64,000 nucleotides of DNA, taken from contig CACMHQ010000005.1 of assembly GCA_902613615.1 (NCBI GenBank), forward strand, positions 14,521 to 78,520, read 5' to 3'. The position numbers and the translations under genes were made by a program. Source of the DNA: an uncultured Candidatus Actinomarina sp. (GTDB lineage: Bacteria; Actinomycetota; Acidimicrobiia; Actinomarinales; Actinomarinaceae). Under the pieces are notes generated by a model. That model saw nothing but the letters and a program-made list of their open reading frames with translations. It made no database searches and was not told the origin of the DNA. Positions 56,483 through 64,000 of this stretch are shown piece after piece; the first letter of the stretch is position 1, and the number at the start of each line of letters is the position of its first letter.

Positions 56483-57753
56483 TTGCTATATCCCAATTCT
56501 TGAATATTGAATTGTTCAAAACCTATTTTTTCCCCAATTCGAAGTAACTCATTGTACTTTGCTGTTCTTTCTGATCTCGCAGGTGCACCTGTTTTTATTT
56601 GTCCACTTGAGGTGCCGACACATAAATGACTTATAAATGTATCTTCTGTCTCACCCGATCTGTGCGAAACAATAGATGAATAGTTGCTGTCTTTGGCCAG
56701 TGTCATCGTATTAATTGTTTCACTCACACTGCCAACTTGATTCACTTTAACTAAGATTGAGTTCGCACAACTATCAGCGACTCCTTTTTCTAAGATTTTT
56801 TCTTGCGTAACAAATAAGTCATCTCCAACAAGTTGTATTGTGTCTCCTATTTTTTCTGTCAGATATTTCCATCCATCCCAGTCGTCCTCAGCTAATCCAT
56901 CCTCAATTGATATGATCGGATAATTCGACGATAGATTTATTAAATAATCTGACATTTCCTGGCTGTTAAGTTCCTTTCCCTCAATCCTATAAAAATCATC
57001 TTTAAAAAATTCCGAGGCTGCAACATCTAAAGCTAAAGAAACATTTCCACCTGGTACATAACCAGCTTCAGAAATGGATTGCATAATTTCATCTAGGATT
57101 TCCGTTGAAGTATTAAAATTTGGAGCAAATCCTCCTTCATCACCAACATTGGTTGAAAGCTTATTTGATTTAAGTCTTTTCTTAAGTACATGATAAATCT
57201 CAACACCTGCTCTTAAAGAGGTATCAAAAGTTTCAAAGCCAAATGGTACAATCATAAATTCTTGAATATCAACAGAGTTATCAGCGTGTGCACCTCCATT
57301 GAGAATATTCATAAAAGGAACAGGTAGAGAAGGTGGTCCGTAAATATTTGGGAAGAGTTCAAAAAGTTGTTTGTTTTGCTGACTTGCACTTGCTCTCATT
57401 GAGGCCATAGACACTGCTAAGATTGCATTTGCTCCAAGATTATTTTTGTTATCAGTTCCATCTAATTCAATTAACTTATTGTCAATATTGCTCTGATCAG
57501 TTACATCCTCACCTACTAAAGTGTCTGAAATTATTGTTTTAACATTTTCGATCGCTTTGTTTACTCCCATTCCATTAAAGGAAGGATCATTATCTCTAAG
57601 TTCATGAGCTTCAAGGGCTCCAGTAGAGGCTCCAGATGGAACTGCGGCACGACCTTTGATATTATCACTCGTAGTAACTTCAACTTCAATGGTTGGATTT
57701 GCTCTTGAATCTAATATATGACGAGCATTGATACTTTTAATTTTTTTATTCAT
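56479..57753 (-). CDS. eno: enolase
   Basis: 'SHRSGETED' signature and 'ILVKVNQVGSVSE'. Length is 424 aa. Confidence 0.95.
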   Translation of the reverse strand: MNKKIKSINARHILDSRANPTIEVEVTTSDNIKGRAAVPSGASTGALEAHELRDNDPSFNGMGVNKAIENVKTIISDTLVGEDVTDQSNIDNKLIELDGTDNKNNLGANAILAVSMASMRASASQQNKQLFELFPNIYGPPSLPVPFMNILNGGAHADNSVDIQEFMIVPFGFETFDTSLRAGVEIYHVLKKRLKSNKLSTNVGDEGGFAPNFNTSTEILDEIMQSISEAGYVPGGNVSLALDVAASEFFKDDFYRIEGKELNSQEMSDYLINLSSNYPIISIEDGLAEDDWDGWKYLTEKIGDTIQLVGDDLFVTQEKILEKGVADSCANSILVKVNQVGSVSETINTMTLAKDSNYSSIVSHRSGETEDTFISHLCVGTSSGQIKTGAPARSERTAKYNELLRIGEKIGFEQFNIQELGYSK

Positions 57754-57790
57754 AACCCTGTTAATTAAAATCTAACAGAAAAAATAATCT

Positions 57791-58531
57791 TTACGAATCT
57801 ATTTGATTTTTCTTAGCTTCCTGCCAAAGAACATTGATATCTGTTTCTTTATTTATATGTTTTTCAACGTATTTTGCACGATTGATAAAGGTTTGAATAG
57901 ATTTTTTTAACTCAATTTCAGGATCAGCCTCTAAGTATCTAGAAACATTAATTAGGGAAAAATATACATCGCCAAGTTCAGACTTTCTATCTTCTAAAGT
58001 GGTTGCTTCTTTAAGTTCATTTATTTCAGAAATTAAATCATCCAAAGCCTCATCATAATTTTTATAGCTTAAATTAAGAGTCTTTGCTTTTCGTTGTACT
58101 TTGAATGCTGTATTTACTGGAGGAAGTTTCGTGTTGATGTCATCAAATATAGATTTATTGCCTTCTTTCTTTATTTCTTCCCATTGTTTTTCAACTTCCT
58201 CCGATGAATTCAAGTTTTTTTTGTCGAAAACATGTGGGTGGCGTTTTATTAATTTTTTTTGTAAAGAACTTATTACTTCAATTATTGAAAAATAATTATT
58301 TTCAGAGGCAATTTCTGAATGTAAGAGTATTTGGAGTAAAAGATCTCCTAACTCTTGTTTAAAGTCATTAAAGGATTCTGGTGAGTCATTCAAATTTGAT
58401 AAAGTATCTAATAATTCGTATGATTCCTCAATCAGATGCTTTGCCAGGCTTTCGTGTGTTTGTTCTTTGTCCCACGGGCATTCTTTTCTTAATTGTGAAA
58501 CTATATCAAGTAGATTATTGAAATCGTTCAT
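57791..58531 (-). CDS. mazG: nucleoside triphosphate pyrophosphohydrolase MazG
   Basis: Tandem MazG domains with 'EESYELLD' and 'ELGDLLLQILLH' in the first and 'ELGDVYFSLIN' in the second. N-terminal 'CPWDKEQTHESL'. Confidence 0.85.
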   Translation of the reverse strand: MNDFNNLLDIVSQLRKECPWDKEQTHESLAKHLIEESYELLDTLSNLNDSPESFNDFKQELGDLLLQILLHSEIASENNYFSIIEVISSLQKKLIKRHPHVFDKKNLNSSEEVEKQWEEIKKEGNKSIFDDINTKLPPVNTAFKVQRKAKTLNLSYKNYDEALDDLISEINELKEATTLEDRKSELGDVYFSLINVSRYLEADPEIELKKSIQTFINRAKYVEKHINKETDINVLWQEAKKNQIDS

Positions 58532-58532
58532 G

Positions 58533-59528
58533 TTAGTTGATATCTAATTTTGTTAATTTTTCACTGTTTAACCAAGCAACGGTTTTAGATATAAAATCAT
58601 CAACTGATGTGTAATTCAATCCAAGCTCTTTTTCTGCTTTCTGACCGTCATATAAATGGCCGTGGGTGAGGACTCTTATTGTTTCTCCACATATAACTTC
58701 ATTTAATGAAGTAAATTTTCCAAAAATATCAAAAAGTGGACCTAAACCAACAAGAAGTTGTTTTGAAATATATATTGGAGAACCATTCCAGTTTGTAATT
58801 GTCTTTAGATTCTCAATAAGTGTTTCGATATTCAATCTGAAACTGTTAAGAACATATCTTTCATTATTCTTACCCTTAATTAATCCTAGGTAATGACCCT
58901 CTGTACAATCATCAATATCAACTGCTGATACAGAACTTTTAATTAATGGTGGAAATTTTTTATTTAGTGTTGATATCAAAAGCTTTGCAGTTCCAGATAT
59001 TCTTCCAGGTCCTTGAACAGATGAGGGATTAATCGATACAAATTCAAATTCTTTATTGAAAGAAAAAGCTTTTTCTTCTGCCAGATATTTTGACTCTTCA
59101 TAATCAGAAAGAAATGTACCTCTATGTATGGAGTCTTCGTTTCCGATACTACCCTTTTTTTCTCCAAGAGTTACAGCAGAAGATGTATAAATAAATTTTT
59201 CGATATTTAATTTGTTCCCAAGTTCTAGCATCTGTTTAGTTCCTTCAATATTCGTTCTAAACATGCTTGATGGATCTTTCTGACATTTTTGGTTTGCCCC
59301 AGCTACATGAAATATTGCATTAATTGATTTTTTCTGAAGTTGTGAGCAGATATCATCATCGAATAAATCTCCTCGAATAATTTCAGTATTATTTGATATC
59401 AAAAATTTATCATTTATCTTATTTCTTGACAATGCATAAACATTGTGTCCTTCGTTTATGAGTTTCTTTAGTAAAGGCTTTCCCACAACACCAGTAGAGC
59501 CAGTCAAAAAAATATTTTTATATTTCAT
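58533..59528 (-). CDS. NAD-dependent epimerase/dehydratase (extended SDR)
   Basis: Rossmann motif 'LTGSTGVVG' and catalytic 'YEESK'. I prefer the ATG at 59528 ('MKYKNIFLTG') over the track start at 59555. Confidence 0.8.
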   Translation of the reverse strand: MKYKNIFLTGSTGVVGKPLLKKLINEGHNVYALSRNKINDKFLISNNTEIIRGDLFDDDICSQLQKKSINAIFHVAGANQKCQKDPSSMFRTNIEGTKQMLELGNKLNIEKFIYTSSAVTLGEKKGSIGNEDSIHRGTFLSDYEESKYLAEEKAFSFNKEFEFVSINPSSVQGPGRISGTAKLLISTLNKKFPPLIKSSVSAVDIDDCTEGHYLGLIKGKNNERYVLNSFRLNIETLIENLKTITNWNGSPIYISKQLLVGLGPLFDIFGKFTSLNEVICGETIRVLTHGHLYDGQKAEKELGLNYTSVDDFISKTVAWLNSEKLTKLDIN

Positions 59529-60066
59529 TCTTTGATTGAAAATAGGATACAACATATTGGTATCCAGAAATATAGGAAAATATTAAAGCTAAGAAAACAA
59601 CGACTATATCTAAATTGACATTAATTATCTCTATTGGAAGGTCAATCATAACAAATCCTATTGCCCAAAATTGTAAGCTCGCTTTTAATTTACCGGTTTT
59701 ACTTGGAGGGATAATCTTTCCTTCATTGCCTGCTAGTCCTCTGAGGCCCATGATCATAAATTCTCGCGTTATCAAAAGAGCTGTGATCCAAATACTCACT
59801 CTTCCTATCATTGAAAATCCAACAAAAATAAATGTAATAAAAATTTTGTCTGCAATAGTATCTAGAAATGCTCCAAGCTTTGTACTTATATCCCATTTTC
59901 TAGCCAAAAATCCATCAAAGTAATCGGTCCATGCAGCAATAAATGCAAGAATTGCTGGGAATAACATTAAGCCTTGCTCTGAACCATCTTGAAGAATCAG
60001 GAATAATAAAACGGGAGAAGATAGAAGTCTAAACCATGCGAGTAAGTCGGGTAATTTATTTTTCAT
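59518..60066 (-). CDS. CDP-alcohol phosphatidyltransferase (PgsA-like)
   Basis: The motif D-G-x2-A-R-x8-G-x3-D-x3-D appears as 'DGFLARKWDISTKLGAFLDTIADK'. Confidence 0.85.
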   Translation of the reverse strand: MKNKLPDLLAWFRLLSSPVLLFLILQDGSEQGLMLFPAILAFIAAWTDYFDGFLARKWDISTKLGAFLDTIADKIFITFIFVGFSMIGRVSIWITALLITREFMIMGLRGLAGNEGKIIPPSKTGKLKASLQFWAIGFVMIDLPIEIINVNLDIVVVFLALIFSYISGYQYVVSYFQSKNEI

Positions 60067-60662
60067 TAGACCACATCAATTATTCTTCTCTCCGAGGCCA
60101 TTTTTATTGCTGATTCAACATCTTTTAGAAATAAATCAATGATTTCCATACTATCTTCAATTATAAACTCGACTTCCTCGGTCTCGTCACTATTAAATTT
60201 TGAGAGTACGTATTCTGCGGGATCCTTTGTTGATGGTGGCCTTCCAACACCAACTTTAAATCTCCAGTAATCGTTGTTACCAATAGCTAAATCTATAGAT
60301 TTGATTCCGTTGTGCCCACCATCTGAACTACTTTTCTTGATTCTAAATCTACCAAATCCAAGGTCAATATCGTCGTGTACAACAAAGAGTTCATAATCTT
60401 TTAATTCATTTTCTAATAAAAATGTTTTTAAGCCTTGTCCAGAATTATTCATTGATGTCATAGGAATAACAACCATTATTTGCTTTCCATCAAGGTCAAA
60501 TTTGCATGATTGGTATTTTCCAGAATCATCCAAAGTTAAATTTTGATTATTTTTCTGACAATAAGAAAACAAAATGTCTGCACCAATGTTGTGACGAGTA
60601 TTAATGTATTTTAGCTGTGGATTCCAAAGGCCAACTAAAATAGTTTTAGATTTATTCTCCAC
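60066..60662 (-). CDS. pth: peptidyl-tRNA hydrolase
   Basis: 'ILVGLWNPQLKYINTRHNIG', 'MNNSGQG', 'HDDIDL' and 'GGHNGIKS'. I place the start at the in-frame GTG (V29 of the track ORF, about 60662), just overlapping the rplY stop. My hand count in this line was off by 1 nt, so treat the coordinate as +/-1 codon. Confidence 0.8.
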   Translation of the reverse strand: MENKSKTILVGLWNPQLKYINTRHNIGADILFSYCQKNNQNLTLDDSGKYQSCKFDLDGKQIMVVIPMTSMNNSGQGLKTFLLENELKDYELFVVHDDIDLGFGRFRIKKSSSDGGHNGIKSIDLAIGNNDYWRFKVGVGRPPSTKDPAEYVLSKFNSDETEEVEFIIEDSMEIIDLFLKDVESAIKMASERRIIDVV

Positions 60663-61344
60663 TTTCCTCTGCTGCCTCAGGTTCCTCAGAAGCACCCTCT
60701 CCAGAATCTTCTTCGCCTTCACCAGCCTCTTCATCACCCTCTTCACCTTCGAGTTCTTCGTCGGAGACTTCTTCTTCTTCTACTACAGCTCTTGGGATTG
60801 TAATTGTCACAAGAATAGATTCATCATCTTCTGATGCGAGGGTAACTCCCTCAGGTAAATCAATATCTGCAACAGTAACATTATCTCCAACATTTAATTC
60901 AGATATGTCAACATCAATTGATGACGGAATATTTGTTGGAAGGGCTGAAATAGATATGGTGTTGTTGACTGTTTGAACAACACCTCCTTCTTCTTTTACT
61001 CCAAGTGGTGTACCCATTAAATTAACTTGAACATCTGCTTCCACAGTCTGTGAAAGGTCAATTCTAACTAAATCAACATGAACAATTTCATCTTTATAAG
61101 CATGTCTTTGAATTTCTCTTGCAAGTGCAGGAACATTATCCTTACCAATATTTACATTTAAAATTACGTTTGATCCTGCTTCAGTTTTTAAGGCAGTATT
61201 AAACTCTCTAGCGTTAATTAATAAAGACTGAGGTTCTGCTCCTAGTCCATACATAACAGCAGGTATCAATCCTGATGAACGAACTCTTCTGGATTCTGAT
61301 GAACCTGTTTTTTCTCTACTAGTAGCTTCTAATGTAACTTCCAT
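60652..61344 (-). CDS. rplY: 50S ribosomal protein L25 / general stress protein Ctc with an acidic C-terminal tail
   Basis: 'R..G.IPAV.YG' N-terminus and a two-domain Ctc form. The last ~45 aa are almost entirely E/D/G/S. Confidence 0.9.
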   Translation of the reverse strand: MEVTLEATSREKTGSSESRRVRSSGLIPAVMYGLGAEPQSLLINAREFNTALKTEAGSNVILNVNIGKDNVPALAREIQRHAYKDEIVHVDLVRIDLSQTVEADVQVNLMGTPLGVKEEGGVVQTVNNTISISALPTNIPSSIDVDISELNVGDNVTVADIDLPEGVTLASEDDESILVTITIPRAVVEEEEVSDEELEGEEGDEEAGEGEEDSGEGASEEPEAAEESGE

Positions 61345-61400
61345 AATTTCCTTAAGAATTATATAGATTAATTAATTTTATCTTGTAATTAAAACTTAAA

Positions 61401-62201
61401 TTAGGATTTTTCTGTGGCTGTTTTAGCTGAAATTACAGCAAAACTTAGTGTAATAAATGCGAACCCACCTGCAACTAAAAATCCTTTTATTATTAAGTCT
61501 GAAACCCAGCCCTCAATCATTATCGCTCTCATCCCCTCCAGTACATAAGTTGTTGGATTAAATGCTGCCGCAGTTTCTAACCATCCTTTTAAGGCATATC
61601 TTGGAGTAAAAGTAGGTGCTAAAAATAATGCAGGAAAAAATAAAAATGTAGCTGCTTGTGCACCTTGAGAAGAACCTGATCTTACACCTGCTGCTACAGA
61701 ATACCCAGCGAATCCCATTCCCCAGAAAAATGCCATTCCTAAGACTGCAAAATATCCGAGGAATCCAGTTGCAGGATCAGCACCAATAATACTTCCCAAG
61801 GTCATGATTAAGGTTGCTTGAAGTAATACTCTTACAGCACCAACAACAATTGGAGCAAGAATAATTGCCCATTTTGAAATTGGCATTCCTTGATATCTTT
61901 TAAATACTCCAGATTCTATATCTTCAACTAGATAAATCCCTGAGGCGCCACCGCTTACAGAAGCAGAGACAATAGAAACTGGAAGTATAAAATTTAGAAA
62001 GTTTCCATTGGCAAAATCAAATGGTGTCCCCGCAGCATTACCTCCAAACACACCACCCAATGCCCCGTCGTAAACTAGTAAAAAAAATGCAGAAATAAAA
62101 ATATTTGGAAGTTCCGCAAGTGGTCTTCTAGCTAGTCTCAATAAAAGTCGTTTAGTTAAAATTCCAAGTTGTGTGAAAAAAGAAGATTTTGAATAGTTCA
62201 T
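61401..62201 (-). CDS. ABC-2 type transporter permease
   Basis: Six TM helices. Directly downstream of a DrrA-like ATPase gene. Confidence 0.8.
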   Translation of the reverse strand: MNYSKSSFFTQLGILTKRLLLRLARRPLAELPNIFISAFFLLVYDGALGGVFGGNAAGTPFDFANGNFLNFILPVSIVSASVSGGASGIYLVEDIESGVFKRYQGMPISKWAIILAPIVVGAVRVLLQATLIMTLGSIIGADPATGFLGYFAVLGMAFFWGMGFAGYSVAAGVRSGSSQGAQAATFLFFPALFLAPTFTPRYALKGWLETAAAFNPTTYVLEGMRAIMIEGWVSDLIIKGFLVAGGFAFITLSFAVISAKTATEKS

Positions 62202-62202
62202 A

Positions 62203-63165
62203 TTATTTACTTTCTTCTATCAAAGTTTTTTCACCTTCTAATCTGTAACCTGTAACCTTTAAAAATACATCATCCAGAGATGGTTTATTTGCTGAAACCG
62301 ACTGTACATTTATATCTTTTGAAACAAGTTGATTAAGTATATTTGGAATTTTTTCAGCGCCATTTTCTACAGTTACTCTAATTTGGTTATCTTCAATATC
62401 AGAATTTTCAATAATTGTTTGAGCTTTAATTGCATCATCATCTGATCTAAAAGTTAATGTTATTACATCTCCACCGATTGATGATTTTAATTCATCTGGA
62501 GTGCCCTCAGCAACAACTAGTCCCTCGTCAATTATTGATATTCTATTTGCTAATTCGTCAGCTTCTTCCAGATACTGTGTAGTTAATATAATTGTTACAC
62601 CTTCATCCCTAAGTTTTTTTATTTCATCCCATAAAACACGTCTTGATCCAGGATCTAGTCCAGTAGTTGGTTCATCAAGAAACAGAACTTCCGGTTTATG
62701 AACAAGGCTTAGGCCTAAATCTAATCTTCTTTTCATACCACCTGAATATGTTTTAACTCTCCTGTCTGCGGCCTCAGTGAGGCCAACTAAATTAAGCATT
62801 TCTTCGGTTCTATATTTAGATTTAGATTTTGAAAGTCCCCAAAGCCTAGCGGTTGTATAAAAAAGTTCTCTTGCTGTTAAGAGATTATCAATGCCTGTGT
62901 CTTGTAAGGCAATTCCAATTTTGTTTCTTACCTCTGAGTCATTTTTTACAACATCTAAGTCATTTATTTTTGCAGTACCTGAAGTAATTCTCAGCAAGGT
63001 GGTAAGCATTAAAATTGTGGTGCTCTTTCCGGCACCATTTGGACCTAATATTCCGAATATCTCACCTTTATTAACTTTGAAACTAACGTCTTGAACAGCT
63101 TCAACATTCCCCTGTTTTGTTTTGAAAGTTTTTTTTAAATTTTTTGCTTCAACAGCTAGCAACAT
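62203..63165 (-). CDS. ABC transporter ATP-binding protein (DrrA/ABC-2 type)
   Basis: 'GPNGAGKST', 'YSGGMKRRLD' and 'FLDEPTTGLD'. Confidence 0.9.
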   Translation of the reverse strand: MLLAVEAKNLKKTFKTKQGNVEAVQDVSFKVNKGEIFGILGPNGAGKSTTILMLTTLLRITSGTAKINDLDVVKNDSEVRNKIGIALQDTGIDNLLTARELFYTTARLWGLSKSKSKYRTEEMLNLVGLTEAADRRVKTYSGGMKRRLDLGLSLVHKPEVLFLDEPTTGLDPGSRRVLWDEIKKLRDEGVTIILTTQYLEEADELANRISIIDEGLVVAEGTPDELKSSIGGDVITLTFRSDDDAIKAQTIIENSDIEDNQIRVTVENGAEKIPNILNQLVSKDINVQSVSANKPSLDDVFLKVTGYRLEGEKTLIEESK

Positions 63166-63217
63166 TATCCTTTCATAGAAAAGTATTTATGAAATAATAG
63201 TTTAATCTATTTTTTAT

Positions 63218-63290
63218 GGCCGCGTAGCTCAGGGGATAGAGCACAGGTTTCCTAAACCTGGTGTCGCAGGTTCGAATCCTGCCGTGGCCG
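63218..63290 (+). tRNA. tRNA-Arg (anticodon CCU)
   Basis: Hand-folded cloverleaf: acceptor GGCCGCG/CGTGGCC (one G-U pair), D arm GCTC-AGGGGATA-GAGC, anticodon arm CAGGT-TTCCTAA-ACCTG, and T arm GCAGG-TTCGAAT-CCTGC. No CCA is encoded. Confidence 0.9.
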
Positions 63291-63298
63291 CTAGAATG

Positions 63299-63496
63299 CT
63301 ACTTTAAATTTTCTGCTGAAGTTTTACCGTTATTTTCTACAATTTCAAATTCAAGCTCTTGACCTTCTTCAAGATCTTCCATCCCAGAATTTTTAACCGC
63401 AGAAATATGAACAAAGACGTCTTTATCACCTTCTTCAGGTTCAATAAAACCATAACCTTTAGTTTTGTTGAACCATTTAACTTTACCTTTTGGCAT
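63299..63496 (-). CDS. cspA: cold-shock protein
   Basis: 65 aa with RNP1 'KGYGFI' and RNP2 'VFVH'. Confidence 0.95.
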   Translation of the reverse strand: MPKGKVKWFNKTKGYGFIEPEEGDKDVFVHISAVKNSGMEDLEEGQELEFEIVENNGKTSAENLK

Positions 63497-63564
63497 TTAT
63501 TTCCTTTTGTAATATCTTTACGACAAAGTAACAGTAATGTGATTAATTTTTTAGTTTGTTAATT

Positions 63565-64000
63565 TTAGAAAATACTTTTCTGGGATCCAGAATTTAAATA
63601 ATTTTGAGCATATATACCAGCTAGTGACACAGATTTAATTTCTAACCATGTAAATGGATTTGGTATTTCATTTCTAACATAACTCAAAAAAGCTTCGATA
63701 GCTTGTTTGTGACCTTTACCGTCGGAAAACACCTTGCTCTTATCATCTGATCCGATTAAATATCTCATTAGCTGGAAATCTTCAACAATAAATGAGTTTT
63801 CACTTCCATGAATCTCTAGTCTTTCTTTAGATAATTTGTTATTTGTATCTGAAAAATATTGAATTGCAGCATGCGCACCGTTTGCATAATTTATATTTAT
63901 AAAAACTTGATTGTCATAAACTTCATCAGATTCTTTATTTATTGGACTATGAGAAGATATGCTTTGTGGTAGTGAATCAAAGAAATAAGTACCTAAGTCT
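63565..64000 (-). CDS. Gfo/Idh/MocA-family oxidoreductase, C-terminal part (gene runs off the right edge)
   Basis: My translation shows the frame of the 67-aa track ORF stays open upstream to nt 64000 ('..VFININYANGAHAAIQYFSDTNNKLSKERLEIHGSENSFIVEDFQLMRY..'). This resembles the Gfo/Idh/MocA C-terminal alpha/beta domain. Confidence 0.6.
   Translation of the reverse strand, partial: DLGTYFFDSLPQSISSHSPINKESDEVYDNQVFININYANGAHAAIQYFSDTNNKLSKERLEIHGSENSFIVEDFQLMRYLIGSDDKSKVFSDGKGHKQAIEAFLSYVRNEIPNPFTWLEIKSVSLAGIYAQNYLNSGSQKSIF

Noticed and set aside
57754-57790. The hairpin 'CTGTTA-N9-TAACAG' between mazG and eno, considered as a terminator
   Set aside because: It has only a 6-bp AT-rich stem. 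On the transcribed (minus) strand the T-run precedes the stem rather than following it.
63565-63768. A stand-alone 67-aa ORF
   Set aside because: The reading frame stays open upstream to the window edge, and the upstream translation looks like a Gfo/Idh/MocA C-terminal domain. The internal Met is therefore not the start, and I reported it as a partial gene.
1-64000. CRISPR arrays, prophage, integrative elements, transposases, rRNA operons and large non-coding RNAs
   Set aside because: No direct-repeat/spacer arrays are present. No integrase, transposase or phage-like ORFs are present. The largest intergenic gap is about 250 nt. The tRNA genes have no flanking att-like repeats or integrases.

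Overview
This is a gene-dense, AT-rich chromosomal segment. Well over 90% is coding, and hand counts of sampled stretches give roughly 30-40% G+C. It holds about 70 protein genes and 2 tRNAs. I found no rRNA, CRISPR array, transposase, integrase or phage structural genes.

Gene content and synteny fit the core genome of a streamlined, low-GC, rhodopsin-bearing marine actinobacterium. This is inference, not verified. The supporting points are sufB-sufD-Rieske-sufC, the rplY-pth ... mazG-eno-ftsB-DUF501-ppx order known from Mycobacterium, pervasive 1-11 nt gene overlaps, and a proteorhodopsin-family pump.

Main blocks, in window order:
- a SpoIID/PG-binding cell-wall protein, then tkt
- a 2-oxoacid dehydrogenase cluster: lpd, fused E1 alpha-beta, E2, fused LipB-LipA
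- an acyl-CoA dehydrogenase, then sufC2-sufS-sufE
- a Gpt-like PRTase plus a BMP-type nucleoside ABC importer
- a complete pyrimidine operon: pyrR-pyrB-pyrC-carA-carB-pyrF-(mini pyrD)-(mini PRTase)-unknown
- rpiB-fumC and the suf operon
- an unknown ORF plus a beta-class DNA methyltransferase
- a heterodimeric ABC exporter
- a split-barrel::MenA fusion plus MenG, then TlpA/DsbB
- a rhodopsin plus a class II photolyase
- a sugar ABC operon with two paralogous binding proteins and a ROK kinase
- the eno/mazG/pth/L25 housekeeping block, an ABC-2 exporter, cspA, and a partial Gfo/Idh/MocA gene at the right edge

I do not see a clear-cut new multi-gene system, and there are no defence-island or mobile-element hallmarks. 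The best candidates for something undescribed are:
1. the tail of the pyr operon (29825-31044), a loop-less mini-PRTase coupled to an unassigned protein whose N-terminus recalls phage DNA-base-hypermodification enzymes
2. the flavin split-barrel::MenA fusion (41304-42857)
3. the unknown-ORF/SPPY-methyltransferase pair (36518-37789)
4. two sets of fusions and rearrangements in cofactor pathways (LipB-LipA; a second SufC with SufS-SufE)

All family assignments come from motif recognition by eye. No searches were run.
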